Source: Prasinococcaceae sp. CCMP 1430
Lineage: Eukaryota; Plantae; Prasinodermophyta
Direction: 5' to 3'
NCBI GenBank assembly: GCA_013416795.1
Contig: RQSC01000381.1
Coordinates: 25,572-40,732, forward strand
Length of the DNA stretch: 15,161 bases
The notes under the pieces were generated by a model. The model did no database searches. It saw only the letters and a list, made by a program, of their open reading frames with translations, and was not told where the DNA came from. Positions 9,491 through 15,161 of this stretch are shown in pieces (position 1 is the stretch's first letter; every line of letters starts with the position of its first letter). A program made the position numbers and the translations under genes.

Positions 9491-9722
9491 TGTCTGTGGG
9501 ACCGCGTCGAACAAATCAAATCTTTCGCGACGACGACTCGAAGACTCACATTCGATGTGTCGAAGTGTGGCGTGTGCCGGTGGCACCCCGGGCGAGCGCT
9601 GCGGGCAGCGTTGCCCCGCCTGCCAGTGCGTCGGGTGACGGCTCGCCGCCGCTGCCACTCCTCGCGCCCTCGCCCGCGCCGACGTCCGCCGCCCCGGGTC
9701 GCGGTCGCTGCTCGCGCCTCGG

Positions 9723-10502
9723 ATGGACACTCGCAAGCAGAGGATGCCTCCCCGCGAGCGCCGCCCCGGCTCGGCCGCATTCTCCGGGCGCGCCTCCGCG
9801 GGCGTCTGCTCCTGCGCGCTCCTCCTCGCGGCCGCGCTCGACGTGCCGCGCGTCGGCGCTACGCGGCGCCTCGCGCAGGCCGGCGACGCCGCGCCTCAGC
9901 CCAGCCCCGCGCCGCCGCCGTCCATCGAGACGCTGCCGGGCCTCTCCAGCCAGTCGGCCCCGACGTGCACCGTGCAGCTCAACGCCTCGTCTTCGAAGGA
10001 TGGAGCGTCGGTCACGGGCACCCTGAGGATGCAGTTCCCGACGGCCTCGTCGGACGACGAGTCGGGCGTGATGGTCTTCTTCACCGAGAAGCCCATTCGC
10101 AACGCAATGCACCTGCCCAACGACTTCCTCGCGGGGGATAGCTTCGATGATGCCTTCCCCGACTCCCCGCCCAATGGCGCGCTGACTGGTGCCATCATTG
10201 CGGAGGGGGGCGACATCGCGGCCGTCAACATGATCATTCAGATTAACTCGGCTGTGGCCGAGTACCCGACGGTGGCGGATACCAGCCCCTCCGTGGTCGA
10301 GTACGCCTTCGTGCAGTCTCCACCACAGCAGTCGGCAAGCATCATTCCGCCTGGGAACGTCGACTCCGCCACGACCATCGTTGGCTGCGGGCTGCTGATC
10401 GACAACTGGTTCACCAAAACCTTTGGGATCAAGTTTTCGACGAAGTATGATTGCTCTCCTGACTGCAGCGATGAAGATTACATGTTCCACTACATTGGTT
10501 AG
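9723..10502 (+). CDS. Hypothetical, probably secreted protein (259 aa; start could be the second Met at 9744)
   Basis: Single ORF with strongly C/G-ending codons and a normal amino-acid composition. Hydrophobic CSCALLLAAAL segment, RRL motif, Pro-rich PQPSPAPPPS linker, beta-rich-looking domain, C-terminal Cys (CGLL, CSPDC). No family recognised. The 3' end could be extended by splicing (see findings). Confidence 0.75.
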   Translation: MDTRKQRMPPRERRPGSAAFSGRASAGVCSCALLLAAALDVPRVGATRRLAQAGDAAPQPSPAPPPSIETLPGLSSQSAPTCTVQLNASSSKDGASVTGTLRMQFPTASSDDESGVMVFFTEKPIRNAMHLPNDFLAGDSFDDAFPDSPPNGALTGAIIAEGGDIAAVNMIIQINSAVAEYPTVADTSPSVVEYAFVQSPPQQSASIIPPGNVDSATTIVGCGLLIDNWFTKTFGIKFSTKYDCSPDCSDEDYMFHYIG

Positions 10503-10706
10503 GATCAGCCGCAAGGATCATGGCCACGGCGACGGCGCCGCCGAGCAGCGCCAGCAGTGGCACGCACGAGGACACCCGCCCGCGCACGCTCGCGTGCGCG
10601 AGCGCCGAACGCCCGCCCATCCAGGCCCGCGCGCCGGGCGCCCACACGCGCCCACGCGCTGACGCACGCACAGGCGCGCGCTGGACTCTAAAAGAAGCGC
10701 TCGCCT

Positions 10707-10955
10707 GCGATCGCCCTCCTTCGCCGGCCGCCGCGAGCCGCCGCAGCATCTGCGCGACGAGCGCACGAGCGAGCCTGCACCACACACACACGTCCGCACA
10801 GCGCGCGCCCGAGCGAGAGGGGCGCGCGCTCAGCGCCGCGCGCTCAGCGCAGCGCGGCGCCCTTCCCCGACTGCCACGAGCCACCCACGCAGCGCTTGCT
10901 GGCGACGAGCGCCGCCAGGCGCGCGAGCGAGCCTGCACCACACACACGCGTCCGC
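10707..10955. repeat. Degenerate tandem duplication with a 32-bp core (31/32 identical) at 10766-10797 and 10924-10955
   Basis: cgagcgagcctgcaccacacacacacgtccgc versus cgagcgagcctgcaccacacacacgcgtccgc, offset 158 bp; weaker similarity extends ~60-90 bp to the left of each core. Confidence 0.8.
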
Positions 10956-11001
10956 GCGTGCTACAGGTGTAGCGAGACGCGCACGCGAGTTTCGTTTCCT
11001 T

Positions 11002-11026
11002 ATTTGGGGTTTATTTAAGGGTTACA
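11002..11026 (-). other. Short AT-rich island containing AATAAA and TGTAA on the - strand (possible polyadenylation signals)
   Basis: The - strand reads TGTAACCCTTAAATAAACCCCAAAT, which stands out in an otherwise very GC-rich region. Confidence 0.3.
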
Positions 11027-11226
11027 AAGCGTGTGCCGCGCAACAGCCGCGCCGGCGCGCAAGAGGGGGGGGTGAGGGGCAGGAGGAGCGCGCGCCACTT
11101 AGACGCACGCGCACAAAGACACCCCCACATCCTCCTCTTCCTCTCGTTCGGTCTGCCTCGCCGGGGGCGTTGCCGGCCATGGCGGCGGGCGGCGGCGTCG
11201 GCGCGGCACTGGCGCGCCCGCCCGCC

Positions 11227-11227
11227 N
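11227..11227. other. Ambiguous base N (possible assembly gap placeholder)
   Basis: Single 'n' in cccgccntcg. Confidence 0.95.
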
Positions 11228-12149
11228 TCGCTGCTTCTTCGCTCGTGTCTTGTCGCTGGAGCACGCGCCATGTCAGCGAACGCATGCGTGCGCGGCTCCA
11301 CCTCACCTAACGTTGTCGTTCAGTTCTTGCTGGCGTGCTTAGGTACCCACCGACGAATGAGCGTTGGCACTGTTCTACATACTCTACTATGAGCCTCCTT
11401 CGTAGTACTTCAAGTACCAGGTACCAACCTCAAGCTGCAATATTCGGGGGAAAGCGGGGGGGTTCTCCGTGCTTGTGCCTCTCGCTGGTCTACTATGCGC
11501 ATCCCTGTGCGGTGTAGAAGCAAGGCGGATAGCCCTTGCATCTGTCTGGCGTGTTTGGACGGTAGGGGAGGCACGCTGCGTCCGTGGGGGTGTGCAGAGG
11601 GGCGTCGCGTGTCAGTGTTTCGTACGTATGCAATTGCAGCGGAGTCTGGACTTGCTACGGCCTAGCCGTCCCAGCAGAGCGATTCGCGCGCTCACGCACA
11701 GCCGCAACAGTTGGAGAAGTGATTGCATATCGTGCCTGGCCACAGGCATGTGTTCGACGCCACGACTGAGTGGTGCACCATCGCGCACTCGCCGTCAATG
11801 CACTCGGTGTCATCCGCCCGCCGCGGGGCACGCCCCGCTCCTCGGCACCGGCGAGGACGATTTGTGCGCGCGCGCGCGGCCGGCGCCGCGCAAGTATGCG
11901 GGGTGGGCGCGCGCCGACTTTGGCGGGTACCGGGCGCCTCGGCATCATGCCAATGGCCCTCGGGAGGAGCGCGCTGGCCTGCTCTCCGCTCCCACTGCGG
12001 CCGCGTCTGCCGCGCCTGAGGACTCAGCACCGGGCCAGGGCGACATCTTGGCGCTTCGTGACAATGTCCGCACCTGCAATTGGGACGTCGCGCACTCGTG
12101 CGCGCGGACGCGGCCAGTGCCGCGCAGGTTTCGCGACGCCCGCGGCGCG

Positions 12150-13448
12150 ATGCTGCCTCCGCAGCAGCATCCGGCAGGCGCCAATGCTGCGGCGACGGCG
12201 GCGGCTAGGGGTACGAGAGCCAACAACAAAAGGCCGCGAGAAGAGGGTGTTGTCAAGACCAACTGCGTGCCGAGCAATCCGCGTGCGCAGCTGCCCCCAC
12301 GCGGCGATGCCCAGCAGCAGCTTTTGGCAGGCGTCACTGCGACAACGCAATATTTTACAGATACTGAAATGGTGGCGCTCATTCATGGAGTTGAGAAGCA
12401 CGGCATCGGCAGCTGGACGGCCATCAGGAGGGACAACCCGCTCGTGCTACAAAGGCGCTCGCCAAAACAGCTAGGCGTCAAGTGGGATCGCCTGGTCCGA
12501 CAGTGCAGCGTTGAGGGGATGAGCATGGGCAGCGGCAGGATCCGCCGCTCGGACACGACGCTGCCCGAGAGCTTGTGGACGCTCATCTCAAAGGTCAACA
12601 AAACAACGCAGAAGCCGAGGAAGCGCGTGTGTGAGGAGGTTGAGCTGATCGCGCTCATCGATGGAGTGAAGAAGCACGGGATTGGCAAGTGGAGGGCCAT
12701 AAAGGATGACAATCCGCACGTGCTATGCAGGAAGAATCTCTACCAACTGTGGCGGCGCCTGGTCAGCATGTGCGGTGTGGAGGGCAGCGATGTTGGCAAT
12801 GGCAAGATCCGCCGCGGGAGAACAACGCTGCCCGAGAGCTTGTGGACGTTCATCTCAAAGTTCTACAAAGACATGCCGAAGGAGCCGAAGAAGCGCATGT
12901 ATAAGGAGCCTGAGCTGATTGCGATCATCAACGGAATGAAGAAGCATCATGGCAAGGCGTTGTGGCCTTGTGGCGGAAGGGAGGCCTTTCTTTGCAGGTA
13001 CAAGGCCGTCTTTGAGGCCATCAGGGACGACAGTCCACGCGTGCTGGCGACGCGCACGCCATATTCGCTCGGAGAAAAGTGGCTGCATCTGGTGAGCTTG
13101 TGCGGTACGGAGGGCAGCGATGTTGGCAATGGCAAGATCCGCCGTGGGAGAACGACGCTGCCCGAGAGCCAGTGGGCGCGCATTGCAAGGCTTGTCGAAG
13201 GTACACCGTTGACGCCCACGAAGAGGCGCCCCCCCTCGGGGAGGCATCCCCCGCGCGCCAAGATGAGCGAGGAGAGGAGGAAGGCCGAGCGACTCAAGGC
13301 CAGCGTCCGCAAGTGGAAGGCTAAGGTGAGGGAGGCCGAGACGCCCGAGGAGCGCCGCGCACACCACATCACACTCCTTGGATACTTGCGCGCGGCCACA
13401 AGGGCCGGCCTCCTTTGGGAGGTGGCCACCGAGGTCCCTTGCAGCTGA
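12150..13448 (+). CDS. Protein with three tandem telobox (TRF-like) Myb/SANT domains, each with a conserved C-terminal extension; 5' end uncertain (frame open from 11469)
   Basis: Repeats start at ~12351, 12627 and 12897: (F/C/Y)xxxE(M/L)xA(L/I)IxG(V/M)xKH(GIGxW)xAIxxDxPxVLxxR...(K)WxxLV. This matches the telobox pattern WTxEExxxLxxGVxKxGxGxWxxI...KWRNL. Each is followed by CxxEGxxxGxGxIRRxxTTLPESxW. Basic helical C-terminal tail. ATG 12150 is the last Met before the repeats. Confidence 0.8.
   Translation: MLPPQQHPAGANAAATAAARGTRANNKRPREEGVVKTNCVPSNPRAQLPPRGDAQQQLLAGVTATTQYFTDTEMVALIHGVEKHGIGSWTAIRRDNPLVLQRRSPKQLGVKWDRLVRQCSVEGMSMGSGRIRRSDTTLPESLWTLISKVNKTTQKPRKRVCEEVELIALIDGVKKHGIGKWRAIKDDNPHVLCRKNLYQLWRRLVSMCGVEGSDVGNGKIRRGRTTLPESLWTFISKFYKDMPKEPKKRMYKEPELIAIINGMKKHHGKALWPCGGREAFLCRYKAVFEAIRDDSPRVLATRTPYSLGEKWLHLVSLCGTEGSDVGNGKIRRGRTTLPESQWARIARLVEGTPLTPTKRRPPSGRHPPRAKMSEERRKAERLKASVRKWKAKVREAETPEERRAHHITLLGYLRAATRAGLLWEVATEVPCS
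12780..13169 (+). repeat. 60-bp near-identical repeat (58/60) between Myb units 2 and 3
   Basis: 12780-12839 and 13110-13169 both encode EGSDVGNGKIRRGRTTLPES and differ at only 2 synonymous positions. Confidence 0.92.
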
Positions 13449-13509
13449 TCGCCATCATTTACGGGCTGCAAAAGCATCGTGAAGCCGAAAAGGGATCTGC
13501 GCATGTAGG

Positions 13510-15161
13510 CTAGTCGTCGGTCGCCGCGCCGAAGGCGAAGGCCGCCACCGCGCCGCCGCTCTCGGGAAGCGCATCTGGCGACGGGTCGGCGAAGGCTGTG
13601 CCTGCCAGCGAGGCCGCGCCGCACGAGCGGTACAGCGCCGCCTCGTGAGCGCGCACCGTCGGGCCTGCCGCACGCGCGCGTGTCAGCATGTGCGAGTGCA
13701 CTCATTTGGGCGTGTGTGTCAAGCACATGGCATCACCCGCGGACTCAACCCACAACGACGCACAAAGCCACACACGCAAGCACGTACACGCGCCCACGCG
13801 AACACAGTGAGTACGCGCACATGTGGCCGCACGCAAACGAGCAGCGAGGCGCAGGACACGGCGGACGCACCCTCCGCGAGCGCGTACCGCGCGGCGAGCG
13901 CAAGCCACGCGGGCTCGGCGGCGGCGAAGGTGCCGCGCCCGAGCACAGAGTGGCCCGGCCGTGGACGTCCCAGCGCGATGGCCATGCACGCCTCGCATGC
14001 CTCCTCACCGAACTCCTCCTGCGCGCACGCGCAGGCGCGGGCGCGTATGCGAGTGCGAGTGTGTACGCGCGCACGTGTGCGCGCAGGTATGGACCACGCG
14101 AGTCCGGGTCCGTGTGTGTGCAGGTGTGCGCGAACAGAGGCACGCAGATGCGTGCGCGTTAGCAGCGGCTTGGTGTCGTGCAAAGAGTGCTACACACCGC
14201 ACGTACTCATGCGCTCATTGCACCCATACACGCGTGGTGCGGCGCACGACCACACTTGCGCGCAGTCGACGCACGCCACCCCCCCCGACCAGCATCCACG
14301 CGCACCCACACCTTGAGCCCGCACCCGTTCCTCGCGAGCTGCTCGGCGACCCACGCGCAGAGCCCCGGCAGCGTGGCGATGGCGAAGGCGTCGCCGCCCG
14401 CATCGTCGAGCGCAGCCTCCACCAGCGGCCCCGCGGCGTCTAGCGGTAGCCCAGGCAGCGAGCACGCGCCACCCAGAGCGCCGCCTGCACGCGCGAACGC
14501 GCGCGTGCGTCCGCGAGTTGTGGCGAGGGTGTGTGCGCGGGGGGGTGCCTGCGTGTTAGAAGCCAAGTTTGCTGAGGGGCACATGCGTGCACACGCGCAC
14601 ACGCGCACACGCGCACGCGCATGCGTACCGTCTACTGCGCTCAGCTCGGCGAGCGCGCCTGCATCCGAGAGCGATGGGTCGGTTGCGTGGAACGAGTACA
14701 CCGTCCACGAGAGCTCGCCGCCGCCCGCCCCGCCGCCGCCGGGGGCTCGCACGCGCTGCCGCCGAATCTGATGCGTGCTCGTGGGCGACGCACGCGTCGT
14801 GAGCGGGAGGAGAACAGTGCGAGCGTACGTGCGCGTACGCGCGAGCGCGTGCAGATGCGCGCGTGTCAGCATGCGCGCAGGTGCGCGCGTGCCGGCACGG
14901 GCGCACGCGCACGCGCTGCGGCGCGCGTGCGTCCGCGCACACCTCTGCGACCCGTCCCAGCTCCTCCCGCAGCCTCGCGTGGCCCTCTGCGGCGTGCGTG
15001 GCGTCGCCACAGGCGCCGCCTCCGCAGCCCCCGCCGTGCCCGCTCCGCAGCGCCTCGCTGAGCCTCTCCGCGAGCGACACGAGGCGCGGCTCCTTCACCA
15101 GCGCCTCGGCCGGCAGCGTGGGGCGCACGCCCGGCAGCAGCGCCGAGCGCGCGGCGAGCGC
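13510..15161 (-). CDS. Hypothetical protein, 5'-partial (>=277 aa). Exons 15161-14943, 14767-14629, 14484-14312, 14018-13871, 13664-13510
   Basis: Four GT-AG introns join in consistent phase (0,1,0,1), each with a branch-like motif (GCTGAC, TCTAAC, GCTAAC, GCTGAC). Protein ...ELSWTVYSFHATDPSLSDAG...LPGLCAWVAEQLARNG...EEFGEEACEACMAIALG...EPAWLALAARY...HEAALY...ATDD*. The frame is open to the window edge. Confidence 0.8.

Noticed and set aside
8268-10141. ORFs 8268..9197, 8441..8896, 8520..9170, 8600..9289, 9142..9780, 9284..10141
   Set aside because: Poly-HT/poly-CV translations of microsatellites with no coding signal.
9546-10514. 322-aa minus-strand ORF overlapping gene 3
   Set aside because: Antisense shadow; codon pattern and signal-peptide-like features favour the + strand.
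11469-12149. N-terminal 227 codons of the 659-aa ORF as definite coding sequence
   Set aside because: Arg/Ala/Cys-rich and motif-free, with an acceptor-like CGCGCAG at 12127; the true 5' structure is unresolved.
13262-13370. SEERRKAERL...ETPEERRAHH as an STPR/Helitron-type repeat
   Set aside because: Only two loose copies with the wrong period, and no Rep/helicase nearby.
13871-14400. Resemblance of gene 5 (LPGLCAWVAEQL...EEFG...RGTF) to the Y-family DNA polymerase thumb/little finger
   Set aside because: The preceding NKxLAKLAS motif and the expected spacing are absent; the similarity is too weak.
1-15161. CRISPR array, tRNA/rRNA genes, transposase or reverse transcriptase
   Set aside because: No regularly spaced repeat-spacer units, cloverleaf or rRNA motifs, or DDE/RT signatures were seen; the two-copy repeats are local duplications.

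Overview
Very GC-rich eukaryotic genomic DNA, most likely from a microalga or protist. The lineage cannot be fixed from sequence alone. Introns typically start GTGCGY, end YAG, carry a GCTGAC-type branch motif and are often filled with (CA)n/(CG)n microsatellites. I reconstruct five protein-coding genes by hand. (1) 507-2110 (+): a 5-exon GT2 glycosyltransferase resembling the TIGR04283 family. (2) 8385-2202 (-): a ~1850-aa single-pass receptor with signal peptide, four tandem Cache-like sensor repeats, an EGF-like module, a TM helix, a motif-intact Ser/Thr kinase carrying a ~225-aa insert, and a class III (guanylyl-like) cyclase. (3) 9723-10502 (+): a probably secreted orphan protein transcribed divergently from the receptor. 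(4) ~12150-13448 (+): a protein with three tandem telobox/TRF-type Myb domains, each followed by a conserved extension. (5) 15161-13510 (-): the 3' part of a multi-exon gene of unknown function. Most other long ORFs are microsatellite read-through or antisense shadows. No rRNA, tRNA, CRISPR array or recognisable transposase was seen. All family assignments come from motif recognition by eye; no database search was run.
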